Both the position numbers and the translations under genes were made by a program. The notes beneath the pieces were generated by a model. The model was not told where the DNA came from, did no database searches, and saw only the letters and a program-made list of their open reading frames with translations. Of a DNA stretch of 64,000 nt, positions 29,271 through 39,767 are shown piece after piece. Source of the DNA: Candidatus Latescibacterota bacterium (GTDB taxonomy: Bacteria; Latescibacterota; UBA2968); assembly GCA_965208125.1 (NCBI GenBank), contig OZ242320.1, positions 1,568,001-1,632,000 on the forward strand, given 5' to 3'. Within the stretch, counting starts at the first letter, position 1; every line of letters begins with the position of its first letter.

Positions 29271-30290
29271 TCACCCATAAACATCATCGATCAACGCGCG
29301 GATATACCCAATCGCATACGCCTTCCCGTGCAATTTCGTATATGCGGAATGGGCAAAACCCGGCGTATGATCCATCATATACGGCCCATTGAACCCATTA
29401 TCGCGATAAACCGCCATCGCGCGCTTCATATCAATATCGCCCTCATCCATAAAAACTTCCACAAATCGCGGCAACTGACCCTTCACATTGCGAAAATGCA
29501 CCCACACAATTTTATTATTCGAAGCCATCTCGGCAATCGCATCATAAACGCCCTCACCCAGCAACTCCGTCATACACCCCTGGCAAAATAACATCCCATT
29601 GTGCTCGCCCGGCGCAATCTCAAAAAGCGTGCGCCTGAACTGTTCCAGAGACGAACAAATCTGTGCAATACCGCCCAGAGGCTCTGGAATCGGCGGATCA
29701 TCCGGATGCAGCGCCATACGCACCCCCGCCTTCTCTGCAACGGGAATCACCTCCTGCAAAAAGGTCTCCATATTTGCCCACATCGTCTCTTCTGAAACAG
29801 GCGGATCGTGTTGCTCCGGACGATTCTCACTAAAATACGCATAATCAAACGTACTATACCTCACCCCACCGCGACCCGTATCTGAAGGCGTTCGAAAATT
29901 CCCCATCGGCTTGAAATTCCAGCCCAAACACGGAATCCCCGCCCTGCCCAGCGACGCCAGCATCTGACACCAGAATCCGATCTTCTCATCCCGATCTTCC
30001 ATAGCCAGCGCAATCTCCTCCCAGCACGGCATAAAAATATTATTCAACTTCATACCATGGGACTCCACCAACTCCCGCGCCTTCTCAAATTCCTCCGTAC
30101 AATCCTCTCCCGCGCGAATCCGCTGCGCCAGTGCCGTATTCGCCACACCCGTGCCACCGCGCTTCGCTGATTTTGCAGACGGCCTACCACCCCGCAACTC
30201 GAGATGAATAGAATCCACGCTAATCGCCCTGTAAAAACTCAAAATCTCATCGTCCAAATTATCGTAATGAACCTGATCTTGAATGTACAT
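29271..30290 (-). CDS. Mannonate dehydratase (UxuA) family protein
   Basis: PVAEKAGVRMALHPDDPP, FCQGC, VHFRNV, EGDIDM, DH. Confidence 0.85.
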   Translation of the reverse strand: MYIQDQVHYDNLDDEILSFYRAISVDSIHLELRGGRPSAKSAKRGGTGVANTALAQRIRAGEDCTEEFEKARELVESHGMKLNNIFMPCWEEIALAMEDRDEKIGFWCQMLASLGRAGIPCLGWNFKPMGNFRTPSDTGRGGVRYSTFDYAYFSENRPEQHDPPVSEETMWANMETFLQEVIPVAEKAGVRMALHPDDPPIPEPLGGIAQICSSLEQFRRTLFEIAPGEHNGMLFCQGCMTELLGEGVYDAIAEMASNNKIVWVHFRNVKGQLPRFVEVFMDEGDIDMKRAMAVYRDNGFNGPYMMDHTPGFAHSAYTKLHGKAYAIGYIRALIDDVYG

Positions 30291-30337
30291 CTCTCATCGC
30301 CTCCTGTATAGCTATCAGTCCCCCGCCCAGCCACCCA

Positions 30338-30373
30338 CTGGATTGCGGCTAAAACCCTGCCGCAATGACGGCT
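30338..30373. repeat. REP-like palindrome (CGTC/GACG-tailed family), copy 2
   Basis: CTGGATTGCGGC...GCCGCAATGACGGCT, with compensatory changes relative to 3594-3629. Confidence 0.7.
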
Positions 30374-30452
30374 CTACAACGCATGTTCCTGACTGCTGAT
30401 TGCTCCTCACATCCTAATAAACGGCTAAGCAGTTTGGACCGTTCCTTAATTT

Positions 30453-31859
30453 TTAACTCTCAACCTCAACATCGGACACCCGCCGTTGACCACCTTGTCG
30501 TTCTTCCGCATCGACAACCTGGGGCACATACCCCTCAACATCCCGAATATAGCCGAGCAACCGCGCCTTCATTCGGTCTGCAACCGGACGGTGGCTTTCA
30601 TAGCCAATCAAATTGCGCAACTCGTACGGATCTGCCTCCAGATCGTAGAGATACGCCTCCTCATAACTTCTCGCACCCTCTGCACCGGGCGGCACCTCAT
30701 CGCTTTGGACCGCGTACTTCCATCGCTTTGTGCGAACAGCGCGACCAATACCACTCTCTGAAATTTGCACAAACACATCATCCGGCCAGGGATCTGCGAG
30801 CGAGCGCCCACCACCGCCCAAAATGGGAAGCACAGAACGCCCCGACATCTGATCGGGAATCTCCAATCCGGCACCATCCAACAGCGTCGGCGGCAAATCC
30901 ACCAGACTCACCAACTCGCCCAATGTGCCACCCCCTGTAAACGGACCACCCGTCAACACCGTTGGCGTGCGGATAGAACTCTCGTGACACGAACGCTTGT
31001 ATTCCTTATTACGGGTGCGGAAATGGCAGGCGTGATCAGAAGTGAACAGCACAATCGTATCCTCTAACAGCCCCAGACTCTTCAGCGCATCGAGCAACCG
31101 TCCATAAGCCTCATCCAAACGCTTAATCATCCCCCAATACCCGGCCAAATGCTGCTGCGTACTCCCCCCCGTGGGAACCGCGCCGGGATACTCGCCTTCT
31201 GCCAAAGGATGCGTGGGCAATCCCTCCAGATCGGGCGGTGTCCATCGCCCGGCATACATCTCGCGATACCCATCCGGCGGCGGATAATCATCCAGATGAT
31301 TCTGGTGATGGGGTTCCAAAAACGAAATAAACAGATAAAAGGGATCGCTCTGATGTTCATCCACATACCGAATCGCCGCATCGGTCAGCGCATCAACCCG
31401 ATAACCGGGCAACTTCACCTCCTGATTATCATGATCGTAAACAACGCAATCATACGTATCAGATGTTCCCTCCAGCGCATTTGCCGCGAGCCAGTACTGG
31501 TACCCGCCGCGCGCTTTTACGGGCACAAAACCGCGCCCAGTCGTCGCCAGATGCCACTTGCCAATATATCCCGTGTGATAACCCGCATCATTAAAACACT
31601 GTGCAAGCGTCTTGTGATCCGGATTCAGCGCAATCCCATTGCGATACACCCCCGTCTCACTCGCGTACATCCCCGTCTGCAAACACGAACGCGCCGGACC
31701 GCACACGGGCTGACATGTAAAACTATTGTACACATGCGTCCCGTGCTGCGCCGCGCGATCCAGATTGGGCGTAATACCCAATGGATTGCCATGCGCTGCC
31801 ATGCAATCCCAGCGCTGTTGATCCGTAAAAAATACAATAACATTTGGTTTGCTATCCAT
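30453..31859 (-). CDS. Sulfatase (Cys-type)
   Basis: PNVIVFFTDQQR, CGPAR, GKWHL, FTSDH. Confidence 0.95.
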   Translation of the reverse strand: MDSKPNVIVFFTDQQRWDCMAAHGNPLGITPNLDRAAQHGTHVYNSFTCQPVCGPARSCLQTGMYASETGVYRNGIALNPDHKTLAQCFNDAGYHTGYIGKWHLATTGRGFVPVKARGGYQYWLAANALEGTSDTYDCVVYDHDNQEVKLPGYRVDALTDAAIRYVDEHQSDPFYLFISFLEPHHQNHLDDYPPPDGYREMYAGRWTPPDLEGLPTHPLAEGEYPGAVPTGGSTQQHLAGYWGMIKRLDEAYGRLLDALKSLGLLEDTIVLFTSDHACHFRTRNKEYKRSCHESSIRTPTVLTGGPFTGGGTLGELVSLVDLPPTLLDGAGLEIPDQMSGRSVLPILGGGGRSLADPWPDDVFVQISESGIGRAVRTKRWKYAVQSDEVPPGAEGARSYEEAYLYDLEADPYELRNLIGYESHRPVADRMKARLLGYIRDVEGYVPQVVDAEERQGGQRRVSDVEVES

Positions 31860-31874
31860 AACATCTCCTTTCGT

Positions 31875-33371
31875 TCATGCACCAGGTGTAATTTTGGGAT
31901 TATCCATACGCGTACAGCGAATACTCTCCCGCATCAAGCGCGTCAAAAGATCCGCCTTCACATCCCGCGCCTCTGAATGATCCCACAAATTTACTTTCTC
32001 GCGTGGATCATTTTCCAGATCCACCAGCACATTATGTCCAATACCCGAAGCATCCACCACAATTTTATAACGCTCCGTAATCAACGTCCTCATGGACCCC
32101 ATCTCCACAAAAGCCGCACGGTCGGACATATCCGCACCATCATGAATAAAACCTCTCAACGAACGCCCCGGCAACTCAAAACCCTCAACAGCCCAATCCT
32201 CGCGCCGAAACCGCATAGCACTTTGATCTATCCCCGCATAATCCAGCACCGTAGGCACAAAATCCAGATTGCTCACCACATCATCGCAAACACCTGTCCG
32301 TCCCCCGGGCACCCTCCAGATATACGGCACGCGCAGCAACTCCTCCCACTGATAGGGCGTCTTATGCCACAAATGGTGTGACCCCAGGTACTCGCCGTGA
32401 TCTGCGATAAAAGCAATAATCGTATTATCGTACAAACCCTTCGTCTGCAAAAAATCAATCGCGCGCCCCACATTATCGTCAATATGCGAAATCATACCAT
32501 AAGTCTGCGCCATCACCTGCCGCAAATCCCCCTCATCGCCATTAAACCATGCGGGCCCCACTCTCCGCAGCAAACTATCAGAAGCTGGATCTTCGTCAAC
32601 AACAAACGTCTCCGGCAGGGTTAAAGCTCCAGGATCGTACATTTCACTATACGGCCTGCAAGCCACAAACGGATGATGCGGATCCGGAAAAGAACACCAC
32701 GCAAAAAAACTTTCACCCGCGCCCAAACCATCTATAAAAGCCATCGTGCGATCTGTAATCCAGTGATTGTAATGCAACTCAGCTGGAATTTGATCAATCT
32801 TCCAGGTCTGATAGCCAAAATTCTGATACGCCGAAAACTGAGCATAAGGAACACAGGTTGAAGGACCTTCTTCCGGATGATCCTTCTGCGCGACATCCGG
32901 ATATTCTCTTTCCAACCAATTTCGGTAATCGCCACAAACGTAATTCACATGCCCACCCACATAATCCGTCTCCCCAAAACCGTAATACCCCTCGGGCAAA
33001 TGGGTCACCTCACCGCTGTACCACCGATATCGGTTCTCCCACGAATCACCGCCCGAAAAAGGCTGCAAATGCAACTTGCCCGCCGCATGTGTGCGATACC
33101 CCGCTTCGGACAACGTCCCCGTCACAGTCGGCATATCTTCAGATAGACTCATGCCATTTTGTATCAACCCGTGTTGCGAAGGCGTCAATCCAGTAATCAA
33201 AGAAGCCCGCGACGGCTGGCACACCGGATGCGAGCAATAATTGCGGCGAAACAGAACCCCATCCTGTGCCAGACGATCCAGATTGGGCGTCTGTACATCC
33301 GGATGCCCACTGCAACTCATACAATACGCCTGCATCTGATCCACACAAAAAATCAAAAAATTCGGTCGCAT
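31875..33371 (-). CDS. Sulfatase (Cys-type)
   Basis: RPNFL..VDQ, CQPSR, GKLHL, ADHGE. Confidence 0.95.
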   Translation of the reverse strand: MRPNFLIFCVDQMQAYCMSCSGHPDVQTPNLDRLAQDGVLFRRNYCSHPVCQPSRASLITGLTPSQHGLIQNGMSLSEDMPTVTGTLSEAGYRTHAAGKLHLQPFSGGDSWENRYRWYSGEVTHLPEGYYGFGETDYVGGHVNYVCGDYRNWLEREYPDVAQKDHPEEGPSTCVPYAQFSAYQNFGYQTWKIDQIPAELHYNHWITDRTMAFIDGLGAGESFFAWCSFPDPHHPFVACRPYSEMYDPGALTLPETFVVDEDPASDSLLRRVGPAWFNGDEGDLRQVMAQTYGMISHIDDNVGRAIDFLQTKGLYDNTIIAFIADHGEYLGSHHLWHKTPYQWEELLRVPYIWRVPGGRTGVCDDVVSNLDFVPTVLDYAGIDQSAMRFRREDWAVEGFELPGRSLRGFIHDGADMSDRAAFVEMGSMRTLITERYKIVVDASGIGHNVLVDLENDPREKVNLWDHSEARDVKADLLTRLMRESIRCTRMDNPKITPGA

Positions 33372-33470
33372 ATTATCACTCCATAGTTATATTCATGCCT
33401 GCTTAACATCCGTACCAATATACAACTTACACCACGTAGCGCCACCCGTTTCCCTCAACAGGAGCAAGCC

Positions 33471-34337
33471 ATGAGACACTTAGTCACCATATTTTTCACC
33501 ATCATCTTCCTCGCCCCAGCCCATGCAGAAGTAAAACCCTGGGACGACGCATTCAAAAAACAGTGGTACGCCGGACTCGCAGAAATCACCCGCTATGAAC
33601 TCAAACAGGCGCAGTACCGCGACACATACGACGGCGATGCCGTCCTCATATTCGTAACCGAAAACTTCCTCACAGACAAACACGTAAAGCACGAACGCGG
33701 CGACGGACCCAGCACCTCCATACTCAAACTCAACGCCATGCGCCAATTTACAACGGGCCTTTATCCCTACTCCATCATGACCTCTGTATTCACACCCGTA
33801 GCCCCCGACCAAACGCGCACACTCAAAGTCACCAGCACAGCCCAGGAATGGTGCGGACACACCTTTGCCCAAATAAACCATCGCGACGGCAAATACAAAG
33901 CCACATTGCGATCTTATTTTCAAAGCGACGGCGACCACGACCTCACATTGCCCGGCGCCATTCTTGAAGACGAAATCTGGACGCGCATCCGACTGGCACC
34001 CGAGCGCTTGCCCACAGGTGAAATCCAGATCATCCCCGGCATGCTATTCCAGCGCCTGACACACACCCTCCCCGATGTTCAGACCGCCAATGCGGAACTC
34101 ATCGAAAGCGACACAACCCACGTCTATACCCTCGCGTACACCTCTATTGGCCGCAAACTCGCCATAACCTTTGAAAAAAACTATCCCCACGCCATCCTCG
34201 GCTGGGAAGAATCCACGCAACGCCGGGGTCGCTGGACCACAACCACAGCGCGCAAAACGCATACTACGATGATCGACTACTGGAACAAAAACAAAGTTGA
34301 AGACATCGCCTATCGCGCACAACTGGGCTTAAAATAG
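33471..34337 (+). CDS. Conserved hypothetical secreted protein
   Basis: AGGAG RBS, signal peptide; WYAGLAEITRYEL, YPYSIMTSVF, QEWCG. Confidence 0.75.
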   Translation: MRHLVTIFFTIIFLAPAHAEVKPWDDAFKKQWYAGLAEITRYELKQAQYRDTYDGDAVLIFVTENFLTDKHVKHERGDGPSTSILKLNAMRQFTTGLYPYSIMTSVFTPVAPDQTRTLKVTSTAQEWCGHTFAQINHRDGKYKATLRSYFQSDGDHDLTLPGAILEDEIWTRIRLAPERLPTGEIQIIPGMLFQRLTHTLPDVQTANAELIESDTTHVYTLAYTSIGRKLAITFEKNYPHAILGWEESTQRRGRWTTTTARKTHTTMIDYWNKNKVEDIAYRAQLGLK

Positions 34338-34414
34338 TTGTTAATTTCAAGCGACTTATCTATCTTTAATTTTTTGAGAACCCCATCGAGTCGCCAAAAA
34401 GCGCGGAGATTGAA

Positions 34415-34852
34415 ATGACCACCAAAAAAATAAAATTCATCGCCGGATTTGCCGTCATAGTCGCCAGCTTGCTCACCATGATCGTGTACAGCTCTGAAAA
34501 AATGTCGCTGTATTACCTCACCGTCTCCGAACTGGAAGCGCGCGAAACCGAATTTGCCAACACCCGCTTCAAACTCGCCGGCAAAGTCATCCCCGGCACC
34601 ATCATCTCCCGCGACGGCAACCGCACCGTCGAATTTGAAATCGCTGACCTCATCGACGAAAATCCATCTGCCAGCAAACGCACCATCCGCTACAGCGGCG
34701 TCGTACCCGACACCTTCCGAGAAGAAGCCGATGTCGTACTCGAAGGCAAAATCGGACCCAACGGCATCTTCATCGCCGACGACATGCTCGCCAAATGCCC
34801 TTCCAAATACGAAAGCCAGAGCTACGAAGAAATCAAAGCGTCGTATGAATAG
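34415..34852 (+). CDS. ccmE: Cytochrome c maturation heme chaperone CcmE, CxxxY variant
   Basis: N-terminal anchor, YYLTVSE, YSGVVPDTF, LAKCPSKY. Confidence 0.92.
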   Translation: MTTKKIKFIAGFAVIVASLLTMIVYSSEKMSLYYLTVSELEARETEFANTRFKLAGKVIPGTIISRDGNRTVEFEIADLIDENPSASKRTIRYSGVVPDTFREEADVVLEGKIGPNGIFIADDMLAKCPSKYESQSYEEIKASYE

Positions 34853-34870
34853 ACAAATAAGGAACTTCTG

Positions 34871-35044
34871 ATGATTAAAGATCCTGTTGTTGAGGAAATT
34901 CGTCAGTACCGTAGGGCACATACCGCTGAACATGGAAATGACCTTGGACGCATTGTTCAAGCACTCCGCAAGCGCGAACGGGATTCTGACCGTCCAGTGC
35001 TAAATCCGGGACCCAAGAAACTGTTGGACCCAATCAAGCGGTAG
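34871..35044 (+). CDS. 57-aa orphan peptide resembling small partners of PIN-domain toxins
   Basis: MIKDPVVEEIRQYRRAHTAEHGNDLGRIVQALRKRE...; below the ORF-track cutoff; similar to 48890-49069. Confidence 0.55.
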   Translation: MIKDPVVEEIRQYRRAHTAEHGNDLGRIVQALRKRERDSDRPVLNPGPKKLLDPIKR

Positions 35045-35049
35045 CAAAT

Positions 35050-35199
35050 ATGAATAAATATAGCGGTAGCAACTTCGATGACTTCCTCAAAGAGGAAGGT
35101 ATTCTTGAAGAGGTATCGGCAAGAGCGCAGAAGCGGTTAAAAGAGCTTGCAATGCAAAGTTCGCCAAGTGACTATCTCCCGAAGGACCGAGGATGCTGA
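35050..35199 (+). pseudogene. N-terminal fragment of an XRE-type antitoxin, HTH missing
   Basis: MNKYSGSNFDDFLKEEGILEEVSARAQKRL, then unrelated sequence and a stop. Confidence 0.6.
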
Positions 35200-36056
35200 A
35201 TCTGCTGTTCTGGAATCTAAACAAAAAATCTCTATCAGAATCTGTCGGACTATTGGCTGAGGAAAGGGAGGCTGACATTGTAGTTCTCGCGGAAATGCCG
35301 GATAATACAGAGGAAATTCTCACTCGGCTCAGGCAGTACAACAGCGACTTTACAGTAAATGAACCGAGACTTCCCCCATCCACCGAGACAGCAACCGCTT
35401 CGGCGAAGACGCCAAAACGCCGAGTAATTCTGTATCACCGGTTTTCTTCTGATCAAGTGCAGTGCCTTCGCCTCGCCAAATTCTGGACAATCTATCAACT
35501 GGATTTGTCTGACGGAGAACCCCTCATATTAGTTGCTGTTCACATGCCAGCAAAGTCCAGGATAGGCTATACCAGCGTTGAAGACCGCCTTATAGAGTTT
35601 CGTGGACTATGCCAAAACATTCTGGAAGAAGAAAGTGCATTAGGAACAAATAGGACCATTGTCGTTGGAGATTTCAACCAAAATCCTTTCGATAAAGAGG
35701 TTGTCTATCTGGACACACTAAACGCAGTCATGGATCCAGATGTGGCTAATCGTGGTAGCTGCCGACGGGGTGGTCAAACGTACAAGTACTTTTACAATCC
35801 AATGTGGACAGCGTACGGACGCCGTCAAGCACCGATGGGAACCTACTACTACCAGGAGCCTGATTCCGTCCGTTACTACTGGCACGTACTTGACCAAGTG
35901 CTATTGCGGCCCGACCTGATACCGGCTCTGAGTAATGAAATGCCAACCATCATTACAGAGTTGGGAGGTGAGACCTTACTTCAAGCCAACGGCAGACCAG
36001 ATAATAGCCGATTTTCGGATCACCTGCCGATAGCTCTCTCACTGAACATCATTTAA
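35193..36056 (+). CDS. Endonuclease/exonuclease/phosphatase (EEP) family protein
   Basis: LLFWNL, DIVVLAE, AVH, VVGDFNQNP, GTYY, LDQVL, SDHLPI. Confidence 0.9.
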   Translation: MLNLLFWNLNKKSLSESVGLLAEEREADIVVLAEMPDNTEEILTRLRQYNSDFTVNEPRLPPSTETATASAKTPKRRVILYHRFSSDQVQCLRLAKFWTIYQLDLSDGEPLILVAVHMPAKSRIGYTSVEDRLIEFRGLCQNILEEESALGTNRTIVVGDFNQNPFDKEVVYLDTLNAVMDPDVANRGSCRRGGQTYKYFYNPMWTAYGRRQAPMGTYYYQEPDSVRYYWHVLDQVLLRPDLIPALSNEMPTIITELGGETLLQANGRPDNSRFSDHLPIALSLNII

Positions 36057-36075
36057 CCATGAGGAGTGTTTTGAG

Positions 36076-36486
36076 ATGTCAACACAAGACTACTGGGGTG
36101 ACCTCCAGGTTACTAGGCAGGTGACGCCTGTCCAGATACTACGGGAACAGGCAAGTGCTTTCAACGAAAAAGCCACGTCACTGATTATAGCATCGGTTGC
36201 TACAAGTGGACTGGAACAAAAACTCCGCTCAACGCTTGCCATCACAGTTCCGTCACTGAATCGCTATCATCTGGATATCGTTACGGCGATCTATCCACTG
36301 GGAGACTACTATCCACTTGTCCTGTCTGATGATCTTGGCGATCCCGATGATGAACGATCTAATATGATCTGCAATAGCGAACAGGAATTTCGTAATGCGT
36401 TGCGCCGAATTTTGAGTTCAAAGCGAACAACAGACACATTGAAGAGTTTGCTATTATTGACCGCAGAGGAAGTCTTGGCTCTATAA
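36076..36486 (+). CDS. Hypothetical protein, probable EEP partner
   Basis: GAGGAG RBS, 19 bp after the EEP stop; DYW...TPVQILREQAS...YYPL...EFRNALRRILSS. Confidence 0.75.
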   Translation: MSTQDYWGDLQVTRQVTPVQILREQASAFNEKATSLIIASVATSGLEQKLRSTLAITVPSLNRYHLDIVTAIYPLGDYYPLVLSDDLGDPDDERSNMICNSEQEFRNALRRILSSKRTTDTLKSLLLLTAEEVLAL

Positions 36487-36502
36487 CACGAGACCCAAAC
36501 AC

Positions 36503-38488
36503 ATGCTCCCACAACTCGGTAACTTCCTTATCTACCTCGCCCTATTCACCTCGGCTTATGCGGTAATCGCCGCAATTCTCGCTGCCAAAACCCGGCGAAT
36601 GGGCCTCATACTGAGCACGGAACGCGCAGTCCTCACCGGTTTTCTGCTCTGCCTCTCCGCCATGGCCATTCTCGAAGTGCTCTTCCTCACAGACCGCTTC
36701 GACATCTACTACATCGCCACCCACTCCAGCCGCGACCTGCCCACAGGTTACAAATTCACAGCCGTCTGGTCCGGCATGCAGGGATCGCTCCTCCTCTGGG
36801 CACTTATCCTATCCGGATTCATATTTTTTGCCGTCATCAAAACCCGCGCCTTTCGCGGTCCCCTCGCCTCTTATGCCACGGCCATCATGTCCTTCACGCT
36901 GACCTTCTTCCTCGCGCTCATCTGCATCCACGAAAATCCATTTGTCACCATGCCGCGCGCCCTGCCAGATGGAACCGGCATGAACCCCTTACTCGTCCAT
37001 CCCGTCATGGCCATCCACCCCCCCATGCTCTATCACGGCTACGTCGGCTTTACCGTACCCTTTGCCTTTGCAATGGCCGCCCTCTTATCCAGACAAATCG
37101 ACGAAGAATGGATTCGCACCACCCGCCGCTGGACCCTCCTCGCCTGGTTCTTCCTGGGCACGGGCCAACTCCTCGGCGGCAAATGGGCCTACGTCGTACT
37201 CGGCTGGGGCGGATACTGGGGCTGGGACCCGGTCGAAAACGCCGCCCTCTTGCCCTGGCTGACCGGCACCGCCTTCTTACACTCCGTCATGATCCAGGAA
37301 AAAAAAGGCATGCTCAAAATCTGGAACATGGTCCTCATCATCGCCACCTACACCCTGTGCATCTACGGCACCTTCCTCACCCGAAGCGGCGTCGTATCCT
37401 CCGTACACGCGTTTGCCCAATCCCCCATTGGACCCTGGTTTGGCGTCCTCGTCGTCCTCATCGTCATCTTCTCAAGCCTCCTCCTCGTCTCGCGCCTGGA
37501 CCTGCTCAAAACCAAAACCCAATACGAATCCCCCATCTCGCGCGAAGGTGGATTTTTGCTCAATAACTTGCTCTTCCTCACCGCTACATTCGCCGTCTTC
37601 TGGGGCGTCATGTTTCCCGTGATCTCCGAAGCCGTTACCGGCGACAAAATCACCGTAGGTCCCCCCTACTTCAACACCGTCATGGTCCCCATTGGCCTGC
37701 TCCTGCTCGTACTCACGGGCATAGGACCTCTGCTCGCCTGGCGGCGCACCTCGGGCAAAAGCCTGAGAAAACACTTCACGGGATCGAGCATCATGGGGCT
37801 GATCTGCGGCATCGTCGCCATCGCCCTCGGCGTACGCGACATCTACGCCATCATCTCCTTCCTCTTCTGCGGCTTTGTCACAGGCACCATCATCACCGAA
37901 TTTCACCGCGGCGCGCGCGCGCGCGGCAGCAGCTCTGGCGAATCCTATCTCCGCGCCATCGTCAACCTCACCCGGCGAAATCGCCGTCGATATGGCGGTT
38001 ACATCATCCACTTTGGCGTGGTCCTGCTCTTCATCGGATTCACCGGCAATGCGTTCAACAAAGATTCCCAGGTCGAACTCAAATACATGGAATCCACCAC
38101 AATCGGACCCTACACCCTCACACATGAAGGCATTACCGAATCCGTCAACCCACTCACCGCGGACATCGTCGCCCAGCTCGGCGTCTATAAACACGGACAG
38201 CGATTGGGCACCATGTGGCCCCACCAAAAAGTCTATTACAAGCGACAGGATCAACAAACCACCACAGAAGTTGCCATTCGATCCAACCTGCGAGAAGACC
38301 TCTACGCGCTCTACCAGGGCGTTGACATGCGAGACGGCGAAGAAGTCGCCCTCTTTCACCTGTACATCAACCCCCTCGTCATGTGGGTCTGGATAGGCGC
38401 GTGGATAATCACAATCGGCACCATCGTCGTCATGTGGCCCGACAAGCGCGAAAAACAGGCAATGCAAATGCGGGAGGCGATGGCATGA
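36503..38488 (+). CDS. ccmF: Heme lyase CcmF
   Basis: GSLLLW, GMNPLL, IHPPMLY, WGGYWGWDPVEN, TRSG..SVHAF. Confidence 0.97.
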   Translation: MLPQLGNFLIYLALFTSAYAVIAAILAAKTRRMGLILSTERAVLTGFLLCLSAMAILEVLFLTDRFDIYYIATHSSRDLPTGYKFTAVWSGMQGSLLLWALILSGFIFFAVIKTRAFRGPLASYATAIMSFTLTFFLALICIHENPFVTMPRALPDGTGMNPLLVHPVMAIHPPMLYHGYVGFTVPFAFAMAALLSRQIDEEWIRTTRRWTLLAWFFLGTGQLLGGKWAYVVLGWGGYWGWDPVENAALLPWLTGTAFLHSVMIQEKKGMLKIWNMVLIIATYTLCIYGTFLTRSGVVSSVHAFAQSPIGPWFGVLVVLIVIFSSLLLVSRLDLLKTKTQYESPISREGGFLLNNLLFLTATFAVFWGVMFPVISEAVTGDKITVGPPYFNTVMVPIGLLLLVLTGIGPLLAWRRTSGKSLRKHFTGSSIMGLICGIVAIALGVRDIYAIISFLFCGFVTGTIITEFHRGARARGSSSGESYLRAIVNLTRRNRRRYGGYIIHFGVVLLFIGFTGNAFNKDSQVELKYMESTTIGPYTLTHEGITESVNPLTADIVAQLGVYKHGQRLGTMWPHQKVYYKRQDQQTTTEVAIRSNLREDLYALYQGVDMRDGEEVALFHLYINPLVMWVWIGAWIITIGTIVVMWPDKREKQAMQMREAMA

Positions 38489-38940
38489 AGCCCGCACTCC
38501 TGATCCCAATATTCTTTCTCCTCTTCGCAGTCCCCGCCCGCGCCGAAGTAACCCGGGAGCAGATCAAAGAAGTCGGCAAAGAACTCGCCTGCTTGTGTGG
38601 CGACTGCCCGCGCAGACCACTGGACGAATGCGTCTGTGGATATGCACTACAACAGCACGAACGCATCAAAAAAATGCTGGCCTCCGGTCAAACGCCGCAG
38701 GCCATTGTCGATGCTTATATCAGTGAATTTGGCCTGGAAATCCTCTCCAAACCGCCAGCCAAAGGCTTCAACCTCACGGCATGGCTCATGCCGCCCCTCG
38801 TTCTCCTCATCGGATTCTTCGCCGTACGCAGCGTGCTTCGCGCCTGGTCAAAAACAAAAATACCCGCCACACCAGCACAACCCGCGCGCGATGACCCTTA
38901 CCTCGACCGCCTCGAAAGCGATCTCAAGGAGCGAGAGTAA
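38485..38940 (+). CDS. ccmH: CcmH-like protein
   Basis: LACLCGDC...C.CG, YISEFGLEILSKPP, AWLMP; ATGA overlap with ccmF. Confidence 0.8.
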   Translation: MKPALLIPIFFLLFAVPARAEVTREQIKEVGKELACLCGDCPRRPLDECVCGYALQQHERIKKMLASGQTPQAIVDAYISEFGLEILSKPPAKGFNLTAWLMPPLVLLIGFFAVRSVLRAWSKTKIPATPAQPARDDPYLDRLESDLKERE

Positions 38941-39317
38941 TGATCATTGCCGCTTTTATCCTCATCGCAGCGGGCATCTTGCTCTTTATATTCACACCGC
39001 TGTTCGACCCCCGCGACGCCAACACCATCAACCAGATCTCCCGCCGAGAAGCGCGACGCCGCGAACTGATCGAACAGCGCGACATGGTCTATGAAGCCAT
39101 CCGCGAACTCGACTTTGACCATCGCATGGGAAAAGTCGAAGAAGACGACTACCGGCAAACCCGCGCCCGTTATACAGCACAGGCAGTAGAACTCATCAAA
39201 TCCCTCGACAAAGCCTCCAGCCAGGCAGACCGTCCCGCCCCCAAACCGCAGGGAATCTCCGACCAAATAGAAAAAGAAATCGCCGCCATTCGCCGCACCC
39301 GAAGAAAACGCGGGTGA
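38940..39317 (+). CDS. Ccm-associated membrane protein (resembles the CcmI N-terminus)
   Basis: TM helix then IRELDFDHRMGKVEEDDY. Confidence 0.7.
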   Translation: MIIAAFILIAAGILLFIFTPLFDPRDANTINQISRREARRRELIEQRDMVYEAIRELDFDHRMGKVEEDDYRQTRARYTAQAVELIKSLDKASSQADRPAPKPQGISDQIEKEIAAIRRTRRKRG

Positions 39318-39322
39318 ATACT

Positions 39323-39590
39323 ATCCGCAGAAAAAAACGCGAGTAATTTGAGCGTTTTTCGCAGATAGACGCAGATGAAAGGCGTGGAGCATATAGAATA
39401 GTGCCGAAGTAGGGAATGAGAAAAGGCTACGCCCTGAAAGACGTAGCCTTTGTTATTTGCCAGAAGTCATGGATTACGCAAGAATCACCACCTGGCCAAG
39501 CGATACATATCTTTCACCTGATCACCCATTCATCGCTCAAAATGTACCCTCTCGCCTTTCATCTGTGCCCATCTGCGACCATCTGCGGAT
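39323..39590. repeat. Inverted pair of CGCAGAT-type palindromic repeats
   Basis: CGCAGATAGACGCAGATGAAAGGCG (to 39384) vs CGCCTTTCATCTGTGCCCATCTGCG (from 39553). Confidence 0.65.
39414..39476. repeat. 63-bp imperfect direct repeat with hairpin, copy 1
   Basis: GAATGAGAAAAGGCTACG..GAAAGACGTAGCCTTT...TTTGCCAGAAGT.ATGGATTA; copy 2 at 41018-41080. Confidence 0.85.
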
Positions 39591-39767
39591 TTAAATTCAG
39601 ATTGTGAACAAGTGTGTAAAACAACATATCTAAAGTATTTAGACATCTTCCAACGCAAAATATCGCTCAATTTTTGGAGAATTACCATTTTTGGCCTGAT
39701 ATTTGCTTTATGTCTGACTGTTGCGCGTATTCCACTTACTCACTCCATCAGACGCGAGGTATTTCAC

